The notes beneath the pieces are model-generated. The model had not been told where the DNA came from. It saw only the letters and a list, made by a program, of their open reading frames with translations, and made no database searches. Below are positions 1-10,413 of a DNA stretch of 64,000 nucleotides, piece after piece. The translations under genes were made by a program, and so were the position numbers. Where the stretch lies: sequence record OL631482.1. One strand, given 5' to 3'. Source of the stretch: Escherichia phage ECML-359. Within the stretch, counting starts at the first letter, position 1. Each line of letters opens with the position of its first letter.

Positions 1-603
<603 letters not shown>

Positions 604-632
604 AAGTAAAGCAAACTATTAGAGGACTCAAA

Positions 633-2612
633 ATGGCTTTATTATCCCCGGGCATTGAGCTCAAAGAAACAACGGTACAAAGCACTGTTGTTCGTAACGC
701 GACGGGTCGTGCGGCGCTGGTTGGTAAATTCCAGTGGGGCCCAGCTTTCCAGGTAACTCAAATTACAAACGAAGTTGAACTTGTTGATTTGTTTGGTGGT
801 CCGAATAATGAAACAGCAGATTACTTTATGAGTGGGATGAACTTCCTGCAATATGGTAACGACCTCCGTACTGTACGTGTTGTTAACCGTGACGAAGCTA
901 AAAACGCATCCCCTATTGCTGGCAATATTGAAACTACCATCGTAACTGCTGGTACAAACTATGCTGTCGGTGATGTTATTCAGGTTAAACACAACCAGAC
1001 TGTTGTTGAACCGGCTGGCCGTGTGACCAAGGTCGACGTTGATGGTAAAATTCAGGCAATCTTTATTCCTACCGATAAGATTATTGCATTTGCCAAAACT
1101 ATTAACCAGTATCCTAATTTAGGTAGTGCATGGACTGCAGAAGTTACGACCACTTCTTCCGGTGTATCTGGTACCATTACTGTTGGGAAAATTGTTACCG
1201 ATTCTGGCATTCTGTTGACTGAAGCAGAAAACAGTGAAGAAGCAATTACTTCCCTGGAATTCCAGGCATCACTGGCAAAATATGCAATGCCGGGTGTTGT
1301 TGCTCTTTACCCAGGCGAAATCGGTTCGACTCTGGAAGTTGAAATCGTATCTAAAGCTGAATTTGAAAAAGGCGCAGCTGCAAATCTGAATATTTTCCCG
1401 GGCGGCGGAACGCGTGCTTCTGTGGCTCGTGCCGTGTTTAACTATGGCCCTCAGTCTGAAAACCAATATGCAATTATCGTTCGCCGCGATGGTGCAATCG
1501 TCGAAAACGTTGTTTTGTCTACCAAGCAGGGCGAAAAAGATGTTTACGGTAATAACATTTATCTGGATGACTACTTTGCAAAAGGTACTTCCAACTACAT
1601 CTATGCAACATCTCGCAACTGGCCTGTAGGCTTCAGTGGTATCATCAATCTGTCTGGTGGTATTTCTGCAAACGATAAGATTACCGCTGGTGATTTGATG
1701 CAAGGTTGGGACCTGTTTGCTGACCGTGAAGCACTGCATATTAACCTGCTTATCGCTGGTGCAGTAGCTGGTGAAGGTGATGCGACTGCTTCCACTGTTC
1801 AGAAACACGTGGTTTCTATTGCTGACGAACGTCAGGATTGTCTGGCATTTATTTCCCCGCCGAAAGGTCTGTTGGTTAACGTTCCTCTGACCCGTGCAGT
1901 GGATAACCTGATTGACTGGCGTACAGGTGCTGGCGCATTTGATACTGATAACATGAATATCAGCACGACTTATGCAGCGATTGATGGCAACTATAAATAT
2001 CAGTATGATAAATATAATGACGTTAACCGTTGGGTTCCTCTGGCAGCTGATATGGCTGGTCTGTGTGCTCGTACTGATGACGTTTCTCAGCCTTGGATGT
2101 CTCCGGCCGGTTATAACCGCGGTCAGATTCTGAACGTTCTGAAATTGGCTGTTGAACCACGTCAGACCCAACGTGACCGCATGTATCAAGAAGCTATCAA
2201 CCCGGTTGTTGGTTTCGCAGGTGGTGATGGTTTTGTTCTGTATGGTGATAAGACTGCAACTAAAGTTCCATCTCCGATGGACCATATTAACGTTCGTCGT
2301 CTTACGAATATGCTGAAGAAAAATATCGGTGATGCATCTAAATATAAACTGTTTGAGCTTAACGATAACTTCACTCGTGCATCATTCCGTATGGAAACTT
2401 CTCAATACTTGGATGGTATTCGTGCACTTGGTGGCATTTATGAAGGTCGTGTAGTTTGTGATACTACTAACAACACCCCGTCGGTCATAGACCGAAATGA
2501 GTTTGTTGCTAGCATTTATTTTAAACCTGCACGCAGCATCAACTACATCACTCTTAACTTCGTAGCCACTAGCACTGGTGCTGATTTTGATGAGCTGATT
2601 GGGCCACAATAA
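633..2612 (+). CDS. 18: Tail sheath protein gp18
   Basis: 659 aa, same length as T4 gp18; N-terminus MALLSPGIELKETT...; preceded by late-promoter TATAAATA. Confidence 0.95.
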   Translation: MALLSPGIELKETTVQSTVVRNATGRAALVGKFQWGPAFQVTQITNEVELVDLFGGPNNETADYFMSGMNFLQYGNDLRTVRVVNRDEAKNASPIAGNIETTIVTAGTNYAVGDVIQVKHNQTVVEPAGRVTKVDVDGKIQAIFIPTDKIIAFAKTINQYPNLGSAWTAEVTTTSSGVSGTITVGKIVTDSGILLTEAENSEEAITSLEFQASLAKYAMPGVVALYPGEIGSTLEVEIVSKAEFEKGAAANLNIFPGGGTRASVARAVFNYGPQSENQYAIIVRRDGAIVENVVLSTKQGEKDVYGNNIYLDDYFAKGTSNYIYATSRNWPVGFSGIINLSGGISANDKITAGDLMQGWDLFADREALHINLLIAGAVAGEGDATASTVQKHVVSIADERQDCLAFISPPKGLLVNVPLTRAVDNLIDWRTGAGAFDTDNMNISTTYAAIDGNYKYQYDKYNDVNRWVPLAADMAGLCARTDDVSQPWMSPAGYNRGQILNVLKLAVEPRQTQRDRMYQEAINPVVGFAGGDGFVLYGDKTATKVPSPMDHINVRRLTNMLKKNIGDASKYKLFELNDNFTRASFRMETSQYLDGIRALGGIYEGRVVCDTTNNTPSVIDRNEFVASIYFKPARSINYITLNFVATSTGADFDELIGPQ

Positions 2613-2756
2613 TTATCATCGCTTAGAATGAATTAATCAGTTAGAAACCGTAGAACCATTATACAGTGGTATAAATAAAAGCATAATCGGTTCTACGGGC
2701 TCCTGTGGTTGATTCTGGGAAGCCATTATCTTGAGATGATGAATCATATTACCTAG

Positions 2757-2764
2757 TATAAATA
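2757..2764 (+). promoter_or_regulatory. Late promoter for gene 19
   Basis: TATAAATA about 50 nt upstream of the gp19 ATG; a second TATAAATA lies at about 2670-2677. Confidence 0.7.
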
Positions 2765-2816
2765 CATGCATCAGGGACGCGTTCGCGCGACCTGTGTCTA
2801 TAAAGAGGATTCCTTA

Positions 2817-3308
2817 ATGGAGTTGACCGATATCACACGCGCTTTCGAATCCGGCGACTTTGCTCGCCCTAACCTGTTCGAAGTCGAAATCCCATTCCTG
2901 GGTAAAAACTTTGCTTTCCATTGTAAAGCAGCCCCGATGCCTGCTGGCATTGTAGAAAAAGTTCCTGTCGGTTACATGAACCGTAAAATCAACGTTGCGG
3001 GCGACCGTACATTTGATGACTGGACTATTACGATTTATAACGACGATGCTCATAAAGTTCGTCAAGCAATTGTTGATTGGCAAAACCTGTGTCACGGTAT
3101 GACTAACGAAATCACCGGTGCAGCTCCTGCTGATTATAAGAAAACTGCTACTGTCCGCCAGTTCCATCGTGATGGCAAGACCGTTACGAAAGAAGTTGTT
3201 ATTACCGGCATGTGGCCAACCAACGTTGGGGAAGTCCAGATGGATTGGGACAGTAACAACGAAATTGAAACGTTCGAAGCAACGTTTGCAATTGACTGGT
3301 GGGAATAA
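2817..3308 (+). CDS. 19: Tail tube protein gp19
   Basis: 163 aa when started at internal ATG (MELTDITRAFESGDFARPNLF...); the ORF-track start at 2766 is upstream of the TATAAATA promoter and unlikely to be used. Confidence 0.9.
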   Translation: MELTDITRAFESGDFARPNLFEVEIPFLGKNFAFHCKAAPMPAGIVEKVPVGYMNRKINVAGDRTFDDWTITIYNDDAHKVRQAIVDWQNLCHGMTNEITGAAPADYKKTATVRQFHRDGKTVTKEVVITGMWPTNVGEVQMDWDSNNEIETFEATFAIDWWE

Positions 3309-3309
3309 G

Positions 3310-3317
3310 TATAAATA
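3310..3317 (+). promoter_or_regulatory. Late promoter for gene 20
   Basis: TATAAATA directly after the gene 19 stop. Confidence 0.75.
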
Positions 3318-3325
3318 AAGTTATT

Positions 3326-3343
3326 ATGAGGCTTCGGCCTCAT
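3326..3343 (+). promoter_or_regulatory. 5'-proximal stem-loop with UUCG tetraloop in the gene 20 leader
   Basis: ATGAGGC-TTCG-GCCTCAT, 7-bp stem, starts about 9 nt after the late-promoter -10; not followed by a U-tract. Confidence 0.5.
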
Positions 3344-3365
3344 TTCCCAAACTTCGGAGACTCTA

Positions 3366-4940
3366 ATGGCAGGTTTTAACACAATACTAAATTTTCTTAA
3401 GCCTTGGGCTAAAGAAGATGAACAAGAATATAAGCAACAAGAAAAAAATAATTTAGAGTCAATGACCGGGCCGAAGTTTGACGATGGGGCTCGCGAAATT
3501 GAGTCACAAGAACAAAACGTCCCGTATAATGCATTGATGCAACAGATGTTCGGGAGTAATGAACCTGAAGTAAAAAATACCAGGGAATTAATTGACACAT
3601 ACCGCAACTTACTAAATAATTATGAAGTTGATAACGCGGTGCAAGAAATTGTGTCTGATGCTATCGTTTTTGAAGACGGTAAAGATGTTGTAGCTCTTAA
3701 CCTTGATGCTACCGAATTTAGTCAGAAAATTAAAGACCGAATCCTCGAAGAATTCACGGAAGTTAATAACCTCCTCAATTTCGAGCGTAAAGGTTCTGAC
3801 CACTTTAAACGTTGGTATGTGGATTCTCGAATTTTCTTCCACAAAATTATCAACCCAGCAAAACTTAAAGATGGAGTTCAAGAACTTCGTCGCCTTGACC
3901 CAAGACAAATCCAGTTCATCCGTGAAATCGTTACACGCATGGAAAATGGCACAAAAATTGTCGACGGTTACAGAGAATATTTTGTATACGATACTGGCCA
4001 TGAAAGTTATTGTGCCGATGGTCGTATATATGAAGCAGGTACTAAAATAAAAATTCCTCGTGCGGCGATTGTATATGCGCATTCTGGATTACTCGATTGC
4101 TGTGGCAAGAATATCATCGGATACTTACAACGAGCAATTAAACCTGCAAACCAATTAAAACTATTAGAAGATGCTTTAGTCATTTATCGTATAACTCGTG
4201 CCCCAGACCGCCGAGTCTTTTATATCGATACTGGGAATATGCCGTCTCGTAAAGCAGCAGCACACATGCAACATATTATGAATACGATGAAAAACCGTGT
4301 CGTATATGATGCAACCACGGGTAAAATCAAAAACCAACAGCACAACATGTCTATGACCGAAGACTATTGGTTGCAACGTCGTGATGGTAAAGCAGTCACC
4401 GAAGTTGATACTCTCCCAGGCGCGCAAGGCATGTCGGATATGGACGATGTTCGCTGGTTTAAGAACAACCTATATCAGGCTCTCCGAATTCCATTATCTC
4501 GTATCCCTAATGACCAAAACAGCGGCGTTATGTTTGATGCGGGCGCGACAATTACTCGCGATGAATTGAATTTCTCTAAATGGATTAGGCAGCTACAGAA
4601 TAAATTTGAAGAAGTTTTCCTCGACCCGCTTAAAACCAACCTTATCCTGAAAAAAATTATTTCAGAAGAGGAATGGGAAAAGGAACTAAATAATATTAAA
4701 GTTACGTTCAACCGTGATAGCTATTTCACCGAAATGAAAGACGCAGAAATCATGGAACGCAGAATCAATATGCTAACGATGGCTGAACCGTTTATCGGTA
4801 AATATATTTCGCATCAAACGGCTATGAAGGACTTCCTCCAGATGTCTGATGAAGAAATTAATCAAGAAGCTAAGCAAATTGAATTGGAGTCCAAAGAGGC
4901 TCGTTTCCAAAACCCTGAAGAAGAAGAAGAGGATTTCTAA
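3366..4940 (+). CDS. 20: Portal vertex protein gp20
   Basis: 524 aa, same length as T4 gp20; position after gene 19. Confidence 0.95.
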   Translation: MAGFNTILNFLKPWAKEDEQEYKQQEKNNLESMTGPKFDDGAREIESQEQNVPYNALMQQMFGSNEPEVKNTRELIDTYRNLLNNYEVDNAVQEIVSDAIVFEDGKDVVALNLDATEFSQKIKDRILEEFTEVNNLLNFERKGSDHFKRWYVDSRIFFHKIINPAKLKDGVQELRRLDPRQIQFIREIVTRMENGTKIVDGYREYFVYDTGHESYCADGRIYEAGTKIKIPRAAIVYAHSGLLDCCGKNIIGYLQRAIKPANQLKLLEDALVIYRITRAPDRRVFYIDTGNMPSRKAAAHMQHIMNTMKNRVVYDATTGKIKNQQHNMSMTEDYWLQRRDGKAVTEVDTLPGAQGMSDMDDVRWFKNNLYQALRIPLSRIPNDQNSGVMFDAGATITRDELNFSKWIRQLQNKFEEVFLDPLKTNLILKKIISEEEWEKELNNIKVTFNRDSYFTEMKDAEIMERRINMLTMAEPFIGKYISHQTAMKDFLQMSDEEINQEAKQIELESKEARFQNPEEEEEDF

Positions 4941-5191
4941 TGGATGATTTATTTGAAGCCATTAAATCAAACGACCTCGTAGCCGTTCGCAAATATTTTG
5001 CTGAAAACATTGGCCCAGTATGCGGTAGTTTGATTGAAGAACGTAAGATTGAAATTGCACGTTCCATCATGATTGAAGGCGAAGAGCCTAAAGAAGATGA
5101 TGAAGACGGTAAAGCAGAAAAGAAAGACAAAAAAGAATCTGATGACGCTGACGAAGGCGACGATGATGAAGATGATGAGGACGATGAATAA
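4940..5191 (+). CDS. 67: Prohead core protein gp67
   Basis: 83 aa with strongly acidic C-terminal tail; ATGA overlap with gene 20 stop; T4 position between 20 and 68. Confidence 0.7.
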   Translation: MDDLFEAIKSNDLVAVRKYFAENIGPVCGSLIEERKIEIARSIMIEGEEPKEDDEDGKAEKKDKKESDDADEGDDDEDDEDDE

Positions 5192-5619
5192 TGTTTATTA
5201 TCCCTGATGATTACGAATTAACTCTTGAAAACATTGAAAGTGTTTCCGAAGAAGCTCAGGGACAATTTGATTCATTATCTGAAGCTTTAGAAAAAGACGA
5301 TATAAATATTATTGTAGAAAACATGTTTGCAGCTGGTGAATATGAAAAAGCAACGGTTATCGGCGCGCTGAATGAAGGTGTTCAGCTTAACGAATTTATC
5401 GTTAAACATGTATCGTCTCGCGGTGAGTTAACCCGCACAAAAGACCTAGCTACTCGTAAGCGTAATGCTTTCCAAACAACTGGTCTTTCTAAAGCTAAAC
5501 GTCGTCAAATTGCCCGTCTGGCTACTAAAACAAAAAGAGCAAACCCATCTACGCAAATCAGAGCAGAGCGCAAGCGCAAAAAAGCTCGAGCTAAGCGTAA
5601 AGCATTCGGACTTGATTAA
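5191..5619 (+). CDS. 68: Prohead core protein gp68
   Basis: 142 aa, basic C-terminus; overlapping stop/start with neighbours; T4 position. Confidence 0.7.
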   Translation: MFIIPDDYELTLENIESVSEEAQGQFDSLSEALEKDDINIIVENMFAAGEYEKATVIGALNEGVQLNEFIVKHVSSRGELTRTKDLATRKRNAFQTTGLSKAKRRQIARLATKTKRANPSTQIRAERKRKKARAKRKAFGLD

Positions 5620-6257
5620 TGGAACAGAAACCAGAGTTACTAATCGAACACTGGGGTCAACCGGGCGAAATTAAAGATGGTGTACCGATGTTGGAATCTC
5701 ATGATGGTTCCAGCACCGGTTTAAAGCCAGGACTTTATATTGAAGGTATTTTCCTACAAGCTGAAGTTGTTAACCGTAATAAACGACTTTATCCTAAACA
5801 TATTTTGGAAAAAGCCGTTGCTGATTATATGACAGAACAGGTTGCTACTAAACAAGCTTTAGGAGAATTAAATCATCCGCCCCGTGCTAACGTCGACCCT
5901 ATGCAAGCCGCTATTATTATTGAAGATATGTGGTGGAAAGGTAATGATGTATATGGCCGCGCGCGTATTATCGAAGGCGACCATGGCCCAGGTGATAAAC
6001 TTGCTGCAAATATAAGAGCAGGTTGGATTCCAGGTGTATCTAGTCGTGGACTTGGTTCCTTGACTAAATCAGCAAAAGGTTATAGCATCGTTAATGAAGG
6101 TTTTAAATTGACGGTTGGAGTAGATGCAGTATGGGGGCCAAGTGCTCCGGACGCTTGGGTCAAACCAAAGCAGATTACAGAATCACAAACGGCAGTTGCC
6201 GATACCAGTGCCGATGACGCCTTTATGGCTCTCGCAGAGGCTTTAAAGACGTTATAA
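5619..6257 (+). CDS. 21: Prohead core protease gp21
   Basis: 212 aa, same length as T4 gp21; synteny. Confidence 0.9.
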   Translation: MEQKPELLIEHWGQPGEIKDGVPMLESHDGSSTGLKPGLYIEGIFLQAEVVNRNKRLYPKHILEKAVADYMTEQVATKQALGELNHPPRANVDPMQAAIIIEDMWWKGNDVYGRARIIEGDHGPGDKLAANIRAGWIPGVSSRGLGSLTKSAKGYSIVNEGFKLTVGVDAVWGPSAPDAWVKPKQITESQTAVADTSADDAFMALAEALKTL

Positions 6258-6260
6258 ATA
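6253..6260 (+). promoter_or_regulatory. Late promoter for gene 22
   Basis: TATAAATA about 30 nt upstream of the gp22 ATG. Confidence 0.7.
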
Positions 6261-6289
6261 AATGTATATCTTAACAACAGGACTACAAA

Positions 6290-7108
6290 ATGCTTAAAGA
6301 ACAACTCATTTCTGAAGCTCAGAATATCGATGCTTCCGTTGCTCTCGATAGTATTTTCGAATCAGTTAATTTGTCCCCGGAAGCGAAAGCTACCTTCGGC
6401 ACTGTATTCGAAGCTACCGTCAAGCAACACGCCATCAAACTGGCAGAATCTCACATTCACGCCATCGCTGAAAAAGCTGAAGAAGAAGTCGAAAAGAATA
6501 AAGAAGAAGCCGACGAAAAAGCAGAGAAAAAACTGAAAGAATCTGCCGCTAAATTCCTGGACCACGTTGCTAAAGAATGGCTCGCTGAAAATAAACTGGC
6601 TGTCGACCGTGGCATTAAAGCTGACCTGTTCGAATCCATGTTCACCGGCATGAAAGAACTGTTCGTTGAGCACAACGTTGTTGTTCCAGAAGAATCTGTC
6701 GATGTTGTTGCAGAAATGCAGGAAGAACTGGCTGAACAGAAAGAAGAAACCGCTAATCTGTTCGAAGAAGTTGCTAAGCGTGATGCTTATATCAATTATG
6801 TCCAACGTGAAGTTGCGTTGACTGAAGCGACTAAAGACCTGACTGAATCTCAAAAAGAAAAAGTTGGTTCTCTGGTAGAAGGCATGGAATACTCTGATGC
6901 ATTCGGTACCAAAATTGGCGCTATCGTTGAAATGGTTAAAGGTCAGGTAGAACCCACCAACAAACCAATCACCGAAGCCGCTATAAATAAAAATGTAGAC
7001 GATGCTGCGGCACTGAATTACATTTCAGAAGCAGTTGAAGAAAAAGGCGCCAAGCCTACCCTGTCCTTCGCGGACTTGTCTGCTCTCGCAGCATCACGAA
7101 TTTCTTAA
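6290..7108 (+). CDS. 22: Prohead scaffold protein gp22
   Basis: 272 aa, acidic, coiled-coil-like Glu/Lys/Ala-rich composition; preceded by TATAAATA at about 6253-6260. Confidence 0.85.
   Translation: MLKEQLISEAQNIDASVALDSIFESVNLSPEAKATFGTVFEATVKQHAIKLAESHIHAIAEKAEEEVEKNKEEADEKAEKKLKESAAKFLDHVAKEWLAENKLAVDRGIKADLFESMFTGMKELFVEHNVVVPEESVDVVAEMQEELAEQKEETANLFEEVAKRDAYINYVQREVALTEATKDLTESQKEKVGSLVEGMEYSDAFGTKIGAIVEMVKGQVEPTNKPITEAAINKNVDDAAALNYISEAVEEKGAKPTLSFADLSALAASRIS
6983..6990 (+). promoter_or_regulatory. Candidate late promoter for gene 23, inside the gene 22 3' end
   Basis: TATAAATA about 140 nt upstream of the gp23 ATG; no TATAAATA in the short 22-23 intergenic spacer. Confidence 0.5.
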
Positions 7109-7129
7109 TTTAATAAGGTTATACAACAC

Positions 7130-8689
7130 ATGAAAAAGAATGCATTAGTTCAAAAATGGTCCGCTCTGCTGGAAAACGAAGCTCTTCCGGAAATCGTTGG
7201 TGCTTCTAAACAAGCTATCATCGCTAAAATCTTTGAAAACCAGGAACAAGATATTCTGACCGCTCCTGAATACCGTGACGAAAAAATCTCCGAAGCATTT
7301 GGTTCTTTCCTGACCGAAGCTGAAATCGGTGGTGACCATGGTTATGATGCTACCAATATCGCTGCTGGCCAGACCTCTGGTGCAGTAACTCAGATTGGGC
7401 CGGCAGTTATGGGTATGGTTCGTCGTGCTATCCCGCATCTGATTGCGTTTGATATTTGTGGCGTACAGCCTCTGAACAACCCGACTGGCCAGGTATTTGC
7501 CCTGCGTGCAGTTTACGGTAAAGACCCTGTAGCTGCTGGTGCTAAAGAAGCTTTCCACCCGATGTATGCTCCAAATGCTATGTTCTCTGGTCAGGGCGCT
7601 GCTGAAGCTTTCGAAGCTCTGGCTGCAAGCAAAGTTCTTACCGTTGGTAAAATTTATTCTCACTTCTTCGAAGCAACCGGTGCCGCGCACTTCCAGGCTG
7701 TTGAAGCTGTAACCGTTGATGCTGCTGCTACTGATGCCGCTAAACTTGACGCCGAAGTTACCAAACTGCTCGAAGCTGGTAAGCTGGCCGAAATCGCTGA
7801 AGGTATGGCTACCTCTATCGCCGAATTGCAGGAAGGCTTCAACGGTTCTACTGATAACCCGTGGAACGAAATGGGCTTCCGTATCGATAAACAAGTTATC
7901 GAAGCTAAATCTCGTCAGCTGAAAGCAAGTTACTCCATCGAACTGGCACAGGACCTGCGCGCTGTTCACGGTATGGATGCTGATGCCGAATTGAGTGGTA
8001 TTCTGGCTACCGAAATTATGTTGGAAATCAACCGCGAAGTTATCGATTGGATTAACTACTCCGCACAGGTTGGTAAATCTGGTATGACCAACACCGTTGG
8101 CGCTAAAGCTGGTGTGTTTGACTTCCAGGACCCGATTGATATCCGTGGCGCTCGTTGGGCTGGTGAAAGCTTCAAAGCTTTACTGTTCCAGATTGATAAA
8201 GAAGCCGCTGAAATCGCTCGTCAGACTGGCCGTGGTGCAGGTAACTTCATCATCGCTTCCCGTAACGTAGTTAACGTACTGGCTGCAGTTGATACCTCCG
8301 TATCTTATGCTGCTCAGGGTCTGGGTAAAGGTTTCAACGTTGACACCACTAAAGCTGTGTTCGCTGGTGTTCTGGGTGGCAAATACCGTGTATACATCGA
8401 CCAGTATGCTCGTGCAGACTATTTCACCATCGGTTACAAAGGCGCTAACGAAATGGATGCTGGTATCTACTACGCACCATATGTTGCACTGACCCCGCTG
8501 CGTGGCTCTGACCCGAAAAACTTCCAGCCGGTTATGGGCTTCAAAACCCGTTACGGTATCGGTATTAACCCGTTCGCTGACCCGGTAGCTCAGGCTCCGA
8601 CTAAGCGCATTCAGAACGGCATGCCAGACATCGTTAACAGCCTCGGCTTGAACGGTTACTTCCGCCGCGTATATGTTAAAGGAATTTAA
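7130..8689 (+). CDS. 23: Major capsid protein gp23
   Basis: 519 aa; long stretches identical to T4 gp23 as I recall it (e.g. GDHGY.ATNIAAGQTSGAVTQIGPAVMGMVRRAIP, PKNFQPVMGFKTRYGIGINPFA, YFRRVYVKGI C-terminus). Confidence 0.97.
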   Translation: MKKNALVQKWSALLENEALPEIVGASKQAIIAKIFENQEQDILTAPEYRDEKISEAFGSFLTEAEIGGDHGYDATNIAAGQTSGAVTQIGPAVMGMVRRAIPHLIAFDICGVQPLNNPTGQVFALRAVYGKDPVAAGAKEAFHPMYAPNAMFSGQGAAEAFEALAASKVLTVGKIYSHFFEATGAAHFQAVEAVTVDAAATDAAKLDAEVTKLLEAGKLAEIAEGMATSIAELQEGFNGSTDNPWNEMGFRIDKQVIEAKSRQLKASYSIELAQDLRAVHGMDADAELSGILATEIMLEINREVIDWINYSAQVGKSGMTNTVGAKAGVFDFQDPIDIRGARWAGESFKALLFQIDKEAAEIARQTGRGAGNFIIASRNVVNVLAAVDTSVSYAAQGLGKGFNVDTTKAVFAGVLGGKYRVYIDQYARADYFTIGYKGANEMDAGIYYAPYVALTPLRGSDPKNFQPVMGFKTRYGIGINPFADPVAQAPTKRIQNGMPDIVNSLGLNGYFRRVYVKGI

Positions 8690-8712
8690 TCCTAGATTAA
8701 GTTAAATAAAAA

Positions 8713-8740
8713 GGGACCCTTGAGGTCCCTTTCTTGTTTT
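8713..8740. terminator. Bidirectional intrinsic terminator between gene 23 and the opposite-strand ORF
   Basis: GGGACC-cttga-GGTCCC hairpin flanked by an A-run upstream and a T-run downstream. Confidence 0.8.
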
Positions 8741-9021
8741 CATACCATACCATTTAAATGAACTTCTACCCGGCGCTTGATGAGGTCTCTGAAGTTAACA
8801 TTGTTTTCTTGAAGTTTCAACCAGTTACCATTTTTATCTTTAGTGTGAGTAGAATAATTACCATTCCACCAGAAATCAGTGTCATATGCTAAGTTTTCAT
8901 ATTTTTTAACTAGTTTGTTCAGAGCATTACCATTAACACCATTTGGGTATTTGTTGACCAATGCAATAACTTCAATTTCCAATTTTTTAAAGGTGTTCAG
9001 AAGGAAAGTTGCTTTGTTCAT
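8740..9021 (-). CDS. Hypothetical protein, 93 aa, opposite-strand insert between genes 23 and 24
   Basis: Minus-strand ORF flanked by a bidirectional hairpin terminator (8713-8740) and an early-type promoter with conserved leader (about 9040-9092); no motif recognised. Confidence 0.5.
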   Translation of the reverse strand: MNKATFLLNTFKKLEIEVIALVNKYPNGVNGNALNKLVKKYENLAYDTDFWWNGNYSTHTKDKNGNWLKLQENNVNFRDLIKRRVEVHLNGMV

Positions 9022-9049
9022 TTTTAAACTCCAGGTTTTGTTTGTTAAC

Positions 9050-9092
9050 TCAGTATGGAATCATTATGTCTTATCTTAATCTGGTTGTAAAC
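9050..9092 (-). promoter_or_regulatory. Early-type sigma70 promoter (GTTTAC, 18 nt, CATAAT) with conserved leader
   Basis: Minus strand reads GTTTACaaccagattaagataagaCATAATGATTCCATACTGAGTTA upstream of ORF 8740-9021; coordinates approximate. Confidence 0.6.
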
Positions 9093-9098
9093 AACTTT

Positions 9099-9106
9099 TA
9101 TAAATA
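9099..9106 (+). promoter_or_regulatory. Late promoter for gene 24
   Basis: TATAAATA about 27 nt upstream of the gp24 ATG. Confidence 0.75.
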
Positions 9107-9132
9107 AAGTATATCACAAAAGGAAAGCGCAA

Positions 9133-10413
9133 ATGGCAAAGATTAACAAATTACTGCGCGAGTCAACTATTACTACCAGCAACTCCTTGGGCCGCCCGAA
9201 TCTTGTTGCTTTGACCCGCGCTACGACTAAATTGATTTACCGCGATATCATCGCTGAACAACGTACTAACCAACCTGTTGCTGCACTGTATGGTGTTAAA
9301 TATCTTACTCCTGATAACGAATTCAGTTTCCAGACGGGCGCTACTTATGGAGGTGAAGTCGGTTCTAAAGACCGTACAACTATTCCAGAATTAGCTACAG
9401 CCACTCAGCCTGTTGCTAAAGGCGAATATGTAAAATACCAAAATATCGTTTACAAAGCTCTGGTTGATAATCCATTTGCATCGACCACAGAAACAGTGTT
9501 ATCTGATGTTCTGCAAGAAGGTCTTATTGCATCGACTATTCGTTTAGTTCCTGATGCTGCACACACCGAAAAATTCGAAGCTGGTGATGTTGAAATTAGC
9601 AATGCTGTATTCCAGGTTAATAAATGGAATGCTCCGGTTAAAACACGTAAATTGAAAACTGCATTAACTGTTGAACTTGCTCAGGATATGGAAGCAAATG
9701 GTTTTAACGCTCCTGCATTCTTGGAAGACCTGCTTGCCACTATTATGGCAGATGAAATTAACAAAGATGTTCTTCAGTCTCTTATTACCGTTTCCAAGCG
9801 TTATAAAGTAACTGGTGTTTCTGACAATGGCACCATCGATTTAACATACGATGCAGCCCCAGAAGGTGCACGTAAACTGTACGAACTGGTTTGCGAAATG
9901 AACTCCGAAATTCAGAAAACTACATCTTATTCCGGTACCTTTGTTGTTGCCTCTAGCCGTGTTGCTGCTATGTTGGCCGGTTCTGGTTGGTTGAAACACA
10001 GGCCAGAAGACGAACAGTGGCTCCCCGAAACAGCGTACGGTTATTTGATTAATGGCCTCCCTGTATTCTGTGATGTTAACAGTCCATTGGATTATGTAAC
10101 TGTTGGTGTTAAAGAAAATTACGGCGGAAACGAAGTCGTAGGCTCAATTTTCTATGCTCCTTATACCGAAGGCCTGGACTTGGATGATGAAGAGCACGTT
10201 GGTGCGTTTAAGGTCATTGTGGACCCAGACAGCTTGCAGCCATCTATCTCTCTGATGGTTCGTTACGCACTTTCAGCTAACCCGTACACCGTTGCTAAAG
10301 ACGATAAAGAAGCTCGTATTATCGATGCAACCAATATGGATTTAATGGCCGGTCAGAGCAATATGTCTTATCTGCTCGGTGTTAAACTTCCGCCAATCAT
10401 TTATGAGGCGTAA
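9133..10413 (+). CDS. 24: Capsid vertex protein gp24
   Basis: 426 aa; N-terminus MAKINKLLRESTITTSNSLGRPNLVALTRATTKLIY closely matches T4 gp24 as recalled; TATAAATA at about 9099-9106. Confidence 0.9.
   Translation: MAKINKLLRESTITTSNSLGRPNLVALTRATTKLIYRDIIAEQRTNQPVAALYGVKYLTPDNEFSFQTGATYGGEVGSKDRTTIPELATATQPVAKGEYVKYQNIVYKALVDNPFASTTETVLSDVLQEGLIASTIRLVPDAAHTEKFEAGDVEISNAVFQVNKWNAPVKTRKLKTALTVELAQDMEANGFNAPAFLEDLLATIMADEINKDVLQSLITVSKRYKVTGVSDNGTIDLTYDAAPEGARKLYELVCEMNSEIQKTTSYSGTFVVASSRVAAMLAGSGWLKHRPEDEQWLPETAYGYLINGLPVFCDVNSPLDYVTVGVKENYGGNEVVGSIFYAPYTEGLDLDDEEHVGAFKVIVDPDSLQPSISLMVRYALSANPYTVAKDDKEARIIDATNMDLMAGQSNMSYLLGVKLPPIIYEA

Noticed and set aside
1269-2285. 338-aa minus-strand ORF antisense to gene 18, and similar long antisense ORFs (6362-6853 in gene 22, 7145-7969 in gene 23, 49882-50859 opposite gene 32)
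   Set aside because: They lie entirely inside well-supported genes on the other strand, have odd composition (Cys/Phe/Asn-rich) and no ribosome-binding sites; judged to be frame artefacts
2382-2609. 75-codon minus-strand ORF downstream of the antisense promoter in the 18-19 region
   Set aside because: Uses a non-ATG start and lies antisense within gene 18; any antisense transcript here is more likely non-coding
5040-5191. GAAGATGATGAAGACGATGA-type repeats at the end of gene 67 (and in uvsW.1) as a simple-sequence repeat
   Set aside because: They encode acidic Asp/Glu tails typical of these proteins and are not non-coding microsatellites
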